The notes under the pieces: generated by a model
Seen by the model: the letters and a program-made list of their open reading frames with translations, nothing else
Databases searched by the model: none
Told to the model about the DNA's origin: nothing
Translations under genes and position numbers: made by a program
Shown here: one piece after another, positions 11,990-24,587 of the stretch
Numbering within the stretch: the stretch's first letter is position 1
Layout of the letters: the number at the start of each line of letters is the position of its first letter
DNA from: Mobula hypostoma
Lineage: Eukaryota
Reading direction: 5' to 3'
DNA length: 64,000 nt
NCBI RefSeq assembly: GCF_963921235.1
Contig: NC_086097.1
Coordinates: 22,136,001-22,200,000 of the forward strand

Positions 11990-13560
11990 TGTCACCATTT
12001 ACAACCCTGAGATTAATTTTCTTATTGTGGGCATATTCAACAAATCTATAGAATAGTAACTATAACAGAATCAATGAAAGACTGCACTACTAGCACGTTC
12101 AACCAGAGTGCAGACGACTACAAACTGTGCAAATGCAAAAAGAAGAAACAATAATATTAAATAAATAAATAAGCAATAAATATTGAGAACATGTGTTGAA
12201 AAGACCCTGAAAGTGAGTTTTTGGTTATGGGAACTTTTCAATGATGGGGCAAGTGAAATTGAGTGTAGCTCAATTTCTTGTTCAAGAGCCTGATGGTTGA
12301 GGGACAGTAGCCGTTCCTAATCTTGGTGGTGTGAGCCCTGAGGCTCTTGTACTTTCTTCCTGATTGCAGCAGTGAGAAGACAGCAGGTCTGGGTGGTGAG
12401 GGTCCCCGGATGCTGCTTTTTTGTGACAGCATTTGATGTAGATGTGCCCAATCATTGGGTTGGGGGCTTTAGTCATGGTAGACTAGGCCATATCCATTAC
12501 TTTTTGTAGAATTTTCCATTAAAGGGCATTGACCAGGTTGTGATGCAGCCAGTCAATATACTCCCCACTACACTTCCATCAAAGTTTATCAAAGTTTTAG
12601 ATGTCATGCCAAATCTCCACAAACTCCTAAGGAAGTAGAGGCACTGTTATGCTTTTTCATAATTGCATTTCAGTGCTGGGCCTTAAGAAAAAGAAAAGTA
12701 CACTGAAATAATAACACCTAGGAATTTAAATTTAAAACACTGACAACCTATGAGAACTGAGACAAGGGTCTCTGGTTTCCTTCTTCTGAAGTCGATCATC
12801 AGTTCCCTAGTCTTGCTGAATTGATCAGGAGGTTGCTGTCACTGAAAATCACTCAGCCAGATTTTCAATTTACCTCCTATACGCTGATTTATTGCCACCT
12901 TTGATTCGGCCTATGGCAGTGGTGTTGTCAGCAAACTTAAATATGGCATTGGAGCTGTGCTTAGCCTCACAGTCATAAGTGTAAAGCAAGTAGAGCAGAG
13001 GGCTAAGCACACAGCCTGTGGTGCACCTCTGTTGATAGAGATATTGTTGCCAACCTGAACTGACTGGAGTCTGCAAGTGAGGAAATAGAGGATCCAATTG
13101 CACAAGGAGGTATTGAGCCAAGGCCTTGAAGCTTATTGATTAGTTTTCTGGGAATGATGGGGTTGAATTCTGAGCTATAGTCAATAAGCTGCAACACACA
13201 TAAAAGTTGCTGGTGAACGCAGCAGGCCAGGCAGCATCTCTAGGAAGAGGTACAGTTGACGTCTCGGCCCGAAATGTGGACTGTACCTCTTCCTAGAGAT
13301 GCTGCCTGGCCTGCTGCGTTCACCAGCAACTTTTATGTGTGTTGCTCGAATTTCCAGCATCTGCAGATTTCCTCGTGCATGCACCTTTGCTGTCCAGATA
13401 TTCCAAGGTTGAGTGAAGAGCCAATGAAATGGCATCTGCTGTGGACCTGTTGTGATTGTTGGCAAATTAGAGGAGATCCAAGTCGCTTCTCAGACAGAAG
13501 TTGATATGTTTCATCATCACCCTCTCAAAACACTTCTTTAGTGTGGGTGTAAGTGATATT
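11990..13560 (-). mobile_element. Rex1/Babar-like LINE (RT plus 3' UTR; tail continues at ~10310-10347 on the other side of the Tc1)
   Basis: [40 protein letters not shown] and LLQSGRKYKSLRAHTT. Confidence 0.8.
13191..13377. mobile_element. Palindromic Penelope-terminus-derived mini-element
   Basis: GCAACACACATAAAAGTTGCTGGTGAACGCAGCAGGCCAGGCAGCATCTCTAGGAAGAGGTACAGT ... exact reverse complement ending ...TGTGTGTTGC. Same family as the copies at 33331 and 51975. Confidence 0.8.
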
Positions 13561-13668
13561 GGGTGATAGCACGTACCTCCCCACCCCTAGCACATCCTTG
13601 GGCATGTTGATTGTTAACACAAATAACACATTATACTACATGTTTTGATGGCTTTCTGATAAATAAAT

Positions 13669-13695
13669 CTGAATCCGAATCCGAATCCGAATCGG
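13669..13695 (+). repeat. (GAATCC)n tandem tail of a SINE-like repeat
   Basis: CTGAATCCGAATCCGAATCCGAATC follows AATAAA. Confidence 0.8.
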
Positions 13696-13839
13696 AGTCC
13701 TAACTGCCCTCAGAAGCAGCTAATCAAGCAACCTGGGGACATTTAGGCACTGATGATGAATGTTGACCTTACCAGGGAGGCCAGGCCTTGTGAATGAATG
13801 AACAACATTGCGAACACCTGCCAAAACATTTAGAACAAA

Positions 13840-14205
13840 TTAAAGAAGGTTAGTGAGCCCTTAGTGGGCAAAGGAAATGCTTCAAAGATAAAATCAAAAT
13901 CAGCCTGAAGAAACTCAGCATAACATCTAAAAACTGGGAAGACAAGACCCTCAACAGATACACCTGGAGGAAATCTGTTCAAGAGGGAGCAGAGCAACAT
14001 GAGAGTGACCTCCACTGAGCTGCAGGGAACAAGCATCAGCTGCAATAGGAGAGACTGAGCAACCAAAAGACCCAACCACTAACTACAGCCACCACTTACT
14101 TGTGTCTGTGCTGCACCAGAATGTGTGGATCCTGGATTGGCCTCCACTGCCACCAATAGACAACCCCTTAGGAGAACATCTTACTCAACTTGAATAACCA
14201 CACTA
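13840..14205 (+). mobile_element. RTE-clade LINE 3' fragment
   Basis: RKCFKDKIKISLKK, then a C-terminal zinc-finger-like CLCCTRMCGSWIGLHCH typical of RTE ORF ends. Confidence 0.6.
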
Positions 14206-14274
14206 CACCTATGCTTATGGGTAGTTAAGTATTCTTGAAGTTTTGTCACTTTTGTGAAGAGGGAGCTGCCTGAG

Positions 14275-14668
14275 ATAATTTATTGGCACAGCTAGTGCAT
14301 CAGTGATTGATTGACTGGATGCAAAGAGTGGGAATAAAGGGACCCTTTCTGACTGGCTGCCAGTGACTAGTGGTGTTCCTTAGGGGTCTGTGCTGGGGCC
14401 GATTCTTTTAATGATATATGTCAATGACTTGAATGATGGAATTGATGGCTTTACTGCAAGGTTTGCAGACAATATGAAGATGGTTGGAGGGTCAGGTAGT
14501 TTTGAAGAAGTAGAGAATCTACAGAAGGACCTAGACAAATAGGAGAATGGGCAAAGAAGTGGCCGATAGAATACAGTGTCAGGATGTGTATGGTAATGCA
14601 CTTTAGTAGAAGAAAAGAAAGAGTTGAAAGGAATTGAGAGTCCTTGTGTAGGATTCCCTAAAGGTTAA
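14275..14668 (+). mobile_element. CR1 RT fragment
   Basis: PVTSGVP*GSVLGPILLMIYVNDL...ARFADNMK. Confidence 0.8.
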
Positions 14669-17600
14669 TGTTATGTCTTTGCAACTAAATAACAATTAAC
14701 ATAAAAGTGCACACGCGGGAGATGGCTTTAACTGGTGTATTCACATTGCAGCAAGAGAGAGACAGAGAGACAATGCACTTGTGTAGACCAGTGGTCCCCA
14801 ACCTCCGGGCCGCAGACCAATACCGGGCCGCGAAGCATGCAGAGATGCAGCGGTAGCTGGAACGCACCTGGCACACCTTTAAGAAAAAAGCAGAAATAAA
14901 CAAGCTAATTAATTAGCTGCCGCCCGGCATGTAAATGTCGGCCCAGATCAGAGGGAATTGTGTGCCGGGCGGCCCAGATCAGAGATATTTATGTGCCAGG
15001 CGGCACCTAATTAATTAGTTTGTCTATTTCGGCTTTTTTCTTAAAGATGTGCTTGGTGCGTTCTGGCTACCTCAGCACCCCTGCATGCTTCGCGGCCCGG
15101 TATGGGTCCGCGGCCCGGAGGTTGGGGACCACTGGTGTGGACAACAGATCAATGCGCACGCTCAGACAACAGATAGTACATAGTGCTAAGAGGAGTCATT
15201 GATCTAAAAGAAACAGATCCATACTTTACACTTCCTTCTCCTTTAGATTAATGCAACATCAAACTGTATATGTACAAAACATTCAATTTCCCTTTCATAA
15301 ACCCATATTCCATATAAACATGCTTTCACTATAACGCTCCATAACTAACTTCATTGTTCTAAAGATTCAGTCTTTTGGGTGACACTCTGTTTCTTTCAAG
15401 TTAGCACCTCTGGACCTGGAGTGGCATCAGATTTGGTAGGTATCTTGTCTAAGATAATGTTCTCAATTTTCAGTGTCACATTGCTATCAGCGACATGATC
15501 TGAGAGGTAAGTCCGGTGGCTGTAATGTGTCCGTTTTGTTCAATACAATTGACTCCAGTGTGTTCTTCAGTTGAGCATCGAGTATCTGGTCCACATGACG
15601 TCTCCATGTCTGTGTACATCAGTGGCCCATTTCTTGTAGATATCCTATGGGGTCTCCACTTGTCTTCTCAATAATCACGCGCTAGGATTTCCTGTCCAAC
15701 CTCGAAGCTGCTTGCTGATTTACTTGGCAACTGGCTGAACTGTTTATTTTGCACTTCCCTCCGTAGGTCTGGTTTCAGGCGATCTATGATTCCTGTTCAT
15801 GAACAGCATTGCAGGTGTTTGATTTGTCATCACATGGACAGAGTTTCGATACACAAAAAGGAAGTTGCCCACCTTGTCCTGTAGAGAAATGTCCTCCTTG
15901 TCCATCACTTTAATGGACTTCCTGAATGTTTGGATAAACCCTGCAGCTAACTCATTTGCTGCTGGGTGGCGAGGAACTGACTTGAAATGTCTGATGCAAC
16001 TTACTTCATGAACAGTCGGAATTCTTCTGTCGTGTATTGTGGTCCGTTGTCACTCACAATTTGTTCTGGTAAGGCATTTCTGGTGGAGATAGTCCTCAGA
16101 GCAGTGACGGTCTTTGCTGAGGAGGTTGACTCCATTGGTATAACCTCCGGCCACTTCGAATGAGCATCCACAGCAATCAGAAACATGGAGTCCATGAATG
16201 GCCCAGCGAAGTCAATATGTACTCTTTGCCATGGTGAGATCAGCCACTCCCATGGGTGTGATGGTGCCTGTGTTACAGGTAGCAGTCATCATTGGAATTC
16301 CCTTACTGGGATTGAAAATAGATGCAAGGGGCTGGTGATCTATCACTAGCATAAACGTTTGTCCGTAGTGGTTGTTGTGGAACTTCTTTATTCCCCCTAC
16401 TAGACTAAGGGCCTCTTGGTCAATCTGTGCATGGTTGTGTTCTGCAGTCATCAGTGATATCGAGGCAAGCTCAATTGGGCACTCGGATCGATCCTTCATA
16501 GTGTGTTACCAAACAGCCCCAATGCCATAAGGGGACGCATCACATACCAGTCTGGTGAGCAGCAAAGGGTCATAAAGGGTGAGCAGTTCATCGATGTTAT
16601 TAGTCTCTTTGTTTCCTTCAATACTCTTTCACATTCTTTCAACCATTCCCAATTTGCTCCTGTTGGCAAAGGTGCATTCAATGGATGCAGCACTGTAGCA
16701 ATGTTTGGGAGAAATCAGTGGTGGTAGTCTACAAGACCCGAGTATGACCTGAGTTGTGACATACTTTCGTGTCTGAGTGCCTGTAGCTCTGCTTCAGTCT
16801 TTTCTTATGTAAGCCATGTTGTCAATGACAGGTCCATAATATGAGATTTCATTCTTGCGTGCAGACCATACTCACTTAGCCTGGTAAGCACTTTACCAGG
16901 GTTCTGGAGGTGCTCTTCATCATTTTTGCCTGCTACAATGATGAAATCAAGATAACATTGTGTTCTTGGGATAACTTGAGCACTTGTTCCCTTGCTCTTT
17001 GCCAAATTGTTAGAGCTGATGCAATGCCAAAGATGGGATGATTTTACTGGAACAGTCCCTGTGAGTGTTGATTGTGAGGAACTTCCTGCTTGACTCCTCA
17101 ATCTCCATTTGCAGATAGGGTTGTGACAAGTCAATATTTGAGAACCTCTCCCCACCTGCCAAAGATGTAACAATGTCTTCTATTCATGGCAGGGAATACT
17201 GCACATTATGCAGCACTGAGTTGATGCTCACTTTGAAATCTCTACATATGTGAACAGTTCTGGCCTTCCCATTCTTGATCACTGGAACAATGGGCATAGC
17301 CCAATGGCTCTGCTCAACTCTCAAGACAATTCCAGATGCCTTCACTCCAAGCACTGGAGTTCAGCCTCCACTCTAGGACATCGTGCATAAGGTACTGGAC
17401 ATGCTTTATGGATATTTAATGTTGCTGCTTCATCTAGTTCAAATCTGGTCTTCATGCTTTTAAGTTTACCAATCCACTTCTCAAACACTTTCTCATTAGC
17501 ATTGAGCAGCTGTTCCAGTCTTTGGTTAATGCTATCATTTGGGCTGCCGTTGCCTGGTGATACCACATTGAGAGCTTTGATTGTGTGTCAGTCTAGTTGG

Positions 17601-18840
17601 ATTTTTTCAACCATTCAAGTCCAAAAAGTGCTGACCCTCCATTTTTCAATACATAAGCTCGGCTGTGTTTGGCCTCCATACGTCACATTCACTTTCAGTT
17701 TGCCTTTGGGAGAGACTTTTTCACCTGTATAGGTCTTTAGCATCACTAAGGTCGCTGTAATAGTATCTTAGAAAACAGTCTGTTGTAGTCAGCCTCTGAA
17801 ATTATAGACAAAGCTGACCTGTGTCCTGTTCCATTCTCATTGTTACACCAGACACACCTATTGTGATACATATGATTTTTTGAACTACTTCAGTAACATT
17901 ATGCAATTCTGGGCATGACAGCTCACCTTTGTCAGATTCCATGTTGTCTGTTTCACATTCGATCACTTTATATATTTGCTTAGCTTTGTGTGTAAAACTT
18001 TTCACTTGGCGTGGTTTTTCTCTTTGGTCGTGCTTTTTGTCTGCCTTGCACACACTCACTATGTGACCTTGTCTGTGACACTTTCTGCAGACTTTTTCTT
18101 TGAACTAACAGTCATTTGCATTGTGGAAGATTTGCCATCTTTGGCTTTTTACACCATTCAGAGACACTTTGTGCATTTCATATTCTAACCTCTTTTTCTG
18201 TAGTTCTGCTGCATCCTTGGCTGAAATCTCTAATGATATTGCAATGGTCAATGCCCATTCTAAGGTTAGGTCTCTTTCTGACAGTAACCTCTTCTGAGTC
18301 CTTTGACTATGCAAGCCATGTGAAAACCTGTCCCTTAATGCATCAGAAAGTCCATCTCTAAAGTCGCAGTACTGGGAAAGTTTTTGCAGTTCTGCAATGT
18401 ATTTAGAAGTGTGTTCATCCTTTGACTAGTTCCTTTTGTAAAATCTAAATCTCTCAGCTATTACAAGTGATTTTGTAAAATTGTAACAATTTCATCAAAT
18501 GTCTTGCTTTCTGGCTTTTCGGGGGTTACTAGTTGCTTAAGAGACTGTACGTCCTAGGACCCATTAAGCTAAGAAGTGTGGGGGCTTTCTTTTGTTCCTC
18601 CATGTTGTTCATGTTTCAATACAGTTCCACCCTCTCAATATATGTCTCCCAGCCTTTATTAGCGCTATTAAATTCATCAGCTTTCCCGACTGAAGCCATT
18701 GTCACATTATTTTCATTTTAACTTTGCTAGTTCTGTCTTTCACTGTATACTAAGCAAGCAGTTACTCACACATTCCTTTGTTAGTGTCTGTGATGGTCTT
18801 CATACTGTTTAACTCTCGCCGTTTCATTCTGTAACTGTTA
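14669..18840 (-). mobile_element. Gypsy LTR retrotransposon (3' LTR, integrase, RNase H, RT, protease, gag; all decayed; 5' LTR missing)
   Basis: 3' LTR 14669-15230 (TG...CA) with PPT at 15231-15244. Integrase IDFAGPF/FLIAVDAHSKWPE/PEQIVSDNGPQ. RNase H AQIDQEALSLV/DHQPL. RT CYLDFIIVAG. Gag with C..CHRQGHI knuckle near 18050-18090. Confidence 0.88.
14789..15134. mobile_element. hAT (Charlie-like) MITE, 346 bp, largely palindromic
   Basis: CAGTGGTCCCCAACCTCCGGGCCGC...GCGGCCCGGAGGTTGGGGACCACTG. 8-bp TSD GTGTAGAC (14781-14788) / GTGTGGAC (15135-15142). Confidence 0.92.
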
Positions 18841-18984
18841 GTGCAGTTTGGTATGAAGGGATACAGGGAGAAGACAGGAGATTGGGGCTGATGGGAAATT
18901 TGGATCAGCCATGATGAAATGGTGGAACAGACTCAATGGGCCAAATGGACTAATTTTGCTGCTATAACTTATGGTCTTATGGTG

Positions 18985-20060
18985 TGGCACTTGTTTCACT
19001 TGCAAGGATAAATTCCAGGATGGAGATCAGTGGGGAGTGATGAGTGGACAAGGGAGCAATCCCTGTGGAAAGTCAAAATTGGCAGGGAAAGATGTGTTTG
19101 GAGGTGGGATCCCATTGGAGATGATGGAAGTTAAGGGAAATTATGTGCTGGACATGGAGGATACTGGAGTGGTAGGTGAGGGCACGAGGAACCCTTTCAC
19201 TGATGTGGCAGTGGGAGGATGGGGTGAGGGAAGATGTGCATGAAATGGAAGAGATGTAGGTGAGGGCATCATTGATGGTGGAGGAAGGGAAGCCCCTTTC
19301 TTTGAAGAAGGAGGACATGTCAGTATTTCTGGAATGAAAAGCATCATCCTGAGAGCAGATGCAGTGGAGTCAGAGGAACTAAGACAAGGAGATGGCATTT
19401 TTACAAGTGTCAGGGTAGGCAGAGGTATAGTCCAGATAGCTGTGAGAGTCTGTAGATTTGTAAAAGATATCAGTAGATAGACTGCCTCCAGAGATGAAGA
19501 CAGTGAGATTGAGAAAGGAGAGGGAGGTGTCAGAAATGGACCTAATAAATGTGAGGGCAGGGTGGAAGTTGGAGGCAAAGATGATGACGTCAATGAGCTC
19601 ATGGGTGCAGAAAGCAGCACCAATGCAGTCGTCAATGTCGGGTAGAAAAAGTTGGGAAGCAATGTTGATGTAGGCTTGGAAGATGGATCGTTCTACATAG
19701 CTGATGAAAAGGGAGGCATAGCTGGGACCCATGTGAGTGCCCATGGCTACATTTTTGGCTCGAAAGAAGTGGGAGGAACCAAACGAGAAATTATTGAGGG
19801 TGAGGATCAGTTCTGCCAGGCAGAGGAGAGTAGTGGTGGAAGGGAACTGGTTGGGTCTGTTATCTAAAAAGAAGCGGAGAGCTTTGAGGCCCTCATCATA
19901 GGGGATGAAGGTATATAAGGACTAGACATCCATAGTGAAAGTGAGACGATTGGGGCCAGGGAACTTAAAGTCATTGAAAAGATCCAGAGCGTGTGAAGTC
20001 TCATGGATGTAGGTAGGAATTGACTGAACTGGGGGTTTAAAACTGAGTCAAGATATGCAG
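18985..20060 (-). mobile_element. Penelope-like element RT fragment
   Basis: MGTHMGPSYASLF, DIDDCIGAA, LSTDIFYKSTDSHSYLDYTS and FFKERGFP...LTYH are PLE RT and thumb motifs. Confidence 0.85.
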
Positions 20061-20061
20061 A

Positions 20062-21612
20062 TGTAACAGCCTGGTTCACATTTTTACTGTTATGCTGTAG
20101 GTATTTCACTTTAGCAGTTCTGTAAGAGCAGTCTGTTTGGGTTATTGTTGAAGATAAGGATGATGAGGAATGTGTCATCCAATTAGGATGGTGGAACTGG
20201 GAAAAAGTTTGAGAGAACACTGGGGGGAGAGGTTTTGTGAGGGGCACTAAGGTTGGTTTTTGGTTTTTTTGTTTGGCGGGAGATGAAGAGAGAAGATGCT
20301 GGAGAGAACTGGTCGTAGGATTTGACTCAGTGGGGGACCGTGATTCGATGGAGCCAGGTGCCAAGATCGACTGACGATCGGTGAATATGAATTTTGGGAG
20401 AGTTGAGCTCCAACTTGTGCACATTTGACTGTTTAATTATAATGGGCTCTTTTTGTTTTTGTCTTTCTTTTCTTTACTAACCCTTCAGTTATCAAGTTTG
20501 CCGATGACACGACCGTGCTGGGTCTCATCAGCAAGAACGATGAGTCAGCATGCAGAGAGGAGGTGCAGCGGCTAACAGACTGGTACAGAGCCAACAACTT
20601 GTCTCTGAATGTAAACAAAACAAAAGGGATGGTTGTTGACTTCAGGAGGACATGGAACAACCACTCACCGCTGAACATCGACGACTCCTCAGTAGAGATC
20701 GTTAAGAGCACCAAATTTCTTGGTGTTCACCTGGTGGAGAATCTCACCTGGTCCCTCAACACCAGCTCCATAGCCAAGAAAGCCCAGCAGCGTCTCTACT
20801 TTCTGTGAAGGCTGAGAAAAGTTCATCTCCCACCCCCCATCCTCACCACATTCTACAGAGGTTGTGTCGAGAGCATCCTGAGCAGCTGCATCACTGCCTG
20901 GTTCGGAAATTGCACCATCTCGGATCGCAAGACCCTGCAGCGGATAGTGAGGTCAGCTGAGAAGATCATCGGGGTCTCTCTTCCCGCCATTACAGACATT
21001 TACACCACACGCTGCATCTGCAAAGCAAACAGCATTATGAAGGACCCCATGCACCCCTCATACAAACTCTTCTCCCTCCTACCATCTGGCAAAAGGCACC
21101 GAAGTATTCGGGCTCTCACGACCAGAGTATGTAACAGTTTCTTCCCCCAAGCCATCAGACTCCTCAATACCCAGAGCCCGGACTGACACCAACCTACTGC
21201 CCCCTACTGTGCCTATTGTCTTGTTTATTATTTATTGTAATGCCTGCACTGTTTTGTGCACTTTATGCAGTCCTGGGTAGGTCTGTAGTCTAGTGTAGTT
21301 TTGTGTTGTTTTACGTAGTTCAGTGTAGTTTTTGTATTGTTCATGTAGCACCACGGTCCTGAAAAACGTTGTCTCATTTCTACTGTGTACTGTACCAGCA
21401 ATTATGGTCGAAATGACAATAAAAAGTGACTTGGCTTGAGTTAATTCCTTTAATCGTATGCAGTGTGCTGTCTGCTGTTTCTTGGCATTGAGTTGTTACA
21501 GGGTAGCAAATTACACAGCATCCACACAGACTGGGGTCTGGGGTGGGAGAGCGGTCTCAATCTCATACATCTGGTCTGACTGGAGTGTGTCTTCCCTAGA
21601 CTTATGCAGCGA
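20062..21612. mobile_element. LTR (3' end eroded) split by a LINE insertion
   Basis: Starts TGTAACAGCC and resumes at 21444. Ends with ACACAGCATCCACAC...TTCCCTAGAC, similar to the ends of the solo LTRs at 37523 and 53960. Confidence 0.65.
20492..21438 (+). mobile_element. Rex1/Babar-like LINE, 5'-truncated, relatively well preserved
   Basis: KFADDTTVLGLI...LSLNVNKTK..VVDFRR...[10 protein letters not shown]...LLPSGKRHRSIR...FFPQAIRLLN. Tail AATAAA...GACTTGGCTTG. AGTTA repeated on both sides (20487-20491, 21439-21443). Confidence 0.85.
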
Positions 21613-22039
21613 AGGAAAAGCAGCAAGGTTTCACAGAGATAATCACAGTGAGGCAGGAACAAGCAGAAATAATGGCTCTACCTGGAAAGGAAGGTTTATG
21701 GATCATGGGTAGGAGAAATCTGTCTTTTATCATATCAAACAAGAGAAAATTGGCATCTGCAAATTTGCTTGTGTTTGTGATGCAGTGAAATGCGTTATTT
21801 GTGTCAATGACCAACACAGTCCAAGGAGTATGCTGGGGCCAGCCTGTACATATCACCATGCCTCTGGTGCAAACGTCCTGCAGCACGCTGACAACTCACA
21901 CATCCTAACTCATATATCTTTGGACTGTGGGAGAAAACTGGAGCACCCGGAGGAAACCCACATGTTCACAGGGAGCATGTATGAATTCCTTATAGATAGC
22001 AATAGGAGTTGAACCTCAGTCTTACAGCTTCCCTATCCA

Positions 22040-22370
22040 ATACAACACACACAAAATGCTGCAGGAACTCAGCAGGTCAGGCGCCATCTGTGGAAACGAA
22101 TAAACAGTCGACTTTCAGGCCGAAGCCCTTCTTCAGGACTGGAAAGGATGGGAAAGGATGCCACAATAAAAAGGCAGGGGGAGGTGGTGGAGGGAGGATA
22201 ACTAGAAAGTGATAGGTGAAGCCAGCTGGGCTGGAAAGACAAAGGGCTGGAGAGGAAGGAAATGTGATAGGGGAGAAGAGTGGACCATCGGAGAAAGGAA
22301 TGGAGAAGGGGACCCAAGTGGAGGTGATAGGAGGGTGGAAGAAGGTAAGAAGTCAAAGTGGGGAATGGCT
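22040..22370 (-). mobile_element. Penelope-derived terminal fragment with hammerhead-like motif
   Basis: Reverse complement of 22106-22140 is AGTC-CTGAAGA-AGGGCTTCGGCCT-GAAA-GTC-GACT. Purine-rich flank as at 4230-4570. Confidence 0.7.
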
Positions 22371-22676
22371 ATCCTATTACACCCCACCCTATGCACTTCC
22401 CAAATGCTCCCCAGCCAGACCCCTACCCATCCTGCTCCCTCAGCTTCACCCATTGGGGAACCCTCTCACCATCCTGATTGTTCAGCAGACTAAACGGTGA
22501 GCTTTATTTGTCACATGTATGTCGAAACATCAAAACAAACATGAAGTGCAACATTTGCATCAACGACCAACACAGTCCAAGGTTGCGTCCACAAGTATCG
22601 CCATGCTTCCGGTGCCAACATTGAATGCCCACAACTTACTAACTTTGACCTATATGCCATTGGAATGCGAGAGGAA

Positions 22677-24587
22677 ACATAGAAACATAGAAAATAGGTG
22701 CAGGAGTAGGCCATTCGGCCCTTTGAGCCTGCACCGCCATTTATTATGATCATGGCTGATCATCCAACTCAGAACCCCGCCCCAGCCTTCCCTCCATACC
22801 CCCTGACCCCTGTAGCCACAAGGGCCATATCTAACTCCCTCTTAAACATAGCCAATGAACTGGCCTCAACAGTTTCCTGTGGCAGAGAATTCCACAGATT
22901 CACCACTCTCTGTGTGTGTGAAGAAGTTTTTCCTAATCTCGGTCCTAAAAGGCTTCCCCTTTATCCTCAAACTGTGACCCCTCCTTCTGGACTTCCCCAA
23001 CATCGGGAACAATCTTCCTGCATCTAGCCTGTCCAATCCCTTTAGGATCTTATACGTTTCAATCAGATCCCCCCTCAATCTTCTAAATTCCAACGAGTAC
23101 AAGCCCAGTTCATCCAGTCTTTCTTCATATGAAAGTCCTGCCATCCCAGGAATCAATCTGGTGAACCTTCTTTGTACTCCCTCTATGGCAAAGATGTCTT
23201 TCCTCAGATTAGGGGACCAAAACTGCACACAATACTCCAGGTGTGGTCTCACCAAGGCCTTGTACAACTGCAGTAGTACCTCCCTGCTCCTGTACTCGAA
23301 TCCTCTCGCTATAAATGCCAGCATACCATTCGCCTTTTTCACCGCCTGCTGTACCTGCATGCCCACTTTCAATGACTGGTGTATAATGACACTCAGGTCT
23401 CGTTGCACCTCCCCTTTTCCTAATCGGCCACCATTCAGATAATAATCTGTTTTCCTATTTTTGCCACCAAAGTGGATAACTTCACACTTATCCACATTAA
23501 ATTGCATCTGCCATGAGTTTGCCCACTCACCCAACCTATCCAAGTCACCCTGCATCCTCTTAGCATCCTCCTCACTGCTAACACTGCCACCCAGCTTCGT
23601 GTCATCCGCAAACTTGGAGATGCTGCATTTAATTCCCTCACCCAAGTCATTAATATATATTGTAAACAACTGGGGTCCCAGCACTGAGCCTTGCAGTACC
23701 CCACTAGTCACCGCCTGCCATTCTGAAAAGGTCCCATTTATTCCCACTCTTTGCTTCCTGTCTGCTAACCAATTCTCCACCCACACCAATACCTTACCCC
23801 CAATACCGTGTGCTTTAAGTTTGCACACTAATCTCCTGTGTGGGACCTTGTCAAAAGCCTTTTGAAAATCCAAATATACCACATCCACTGGTTCTCCCCT
23901 ATCCACTCTACTAGTTACATCCTCAAAAAATTCTATGAGATTCGTCAGACATGATTTTCCTTTCACAAATCCATGCTGACTTTGTCCGATCATTTCACCG
24001 CTTTCCAAATGTGCTGTTATCACATCCTTGATAACTGACTCCAGCAGTTTCCCCACCACCGACATTAGGCTAACCGGTCTATAATTCCCCGGTTTCTCTC
24101 TCCCTCCTTTTTTAAAAAGTGGGGTTACATTAGCCACCCTCCAATCCTCAGGAACTAGTCCAGAATCTAACGAGTTTTGAAAAATTATCACTAATGCATC
24201 CACTATTTCTTGGGCTACTTCCTTAAGCACTCTAGGATGCAGACCATCTGGCCCTGGGGATTTATCTGCCTTCAATCCCTTCAATTTACCTAACACCACT
24301 TCCCTACTAACATGTATTTCACTCAGTTCCTCCATCTCACTGGACCCTCTGTTCCTTACTATTTCTGGAAGATTATTTATGTCCTCCTTAGTGAAGACAG
24401 AACCAAAGTAATTATTCAATTGGTCTGCCATGTCCTTGCTCCCCATAATCAATTCACCTGTTTCTGTCTGCAGGGGACCTACATTTGTCTTTACCAGTCT
24501 TTTCCTTTTTACATATCTATAAAAGCTTTTACAGTCCGTTTTTATGTTCCCCGCCAGTTTTCTCTCATAATCTTTTTTCCCCTTCCT
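22677..24587 (-). mobile_element. Young 5'-truncated CR1 LINE with a continuous RT reading frame, inserted into a SINE
   Basis: About 570 open codons: [68 protein letters not shown]. (AGAAACAT) tail at 22677. SINE halves at ~22500-22678 and ~24588-24670. Confidence 0.95.

Noticed and set aside
13669..13695. CRISPR-like or telomere-like repeat
   Set aside because: Short (GAATCC)n retroposon tail with no spacers, in a eukaryotic context
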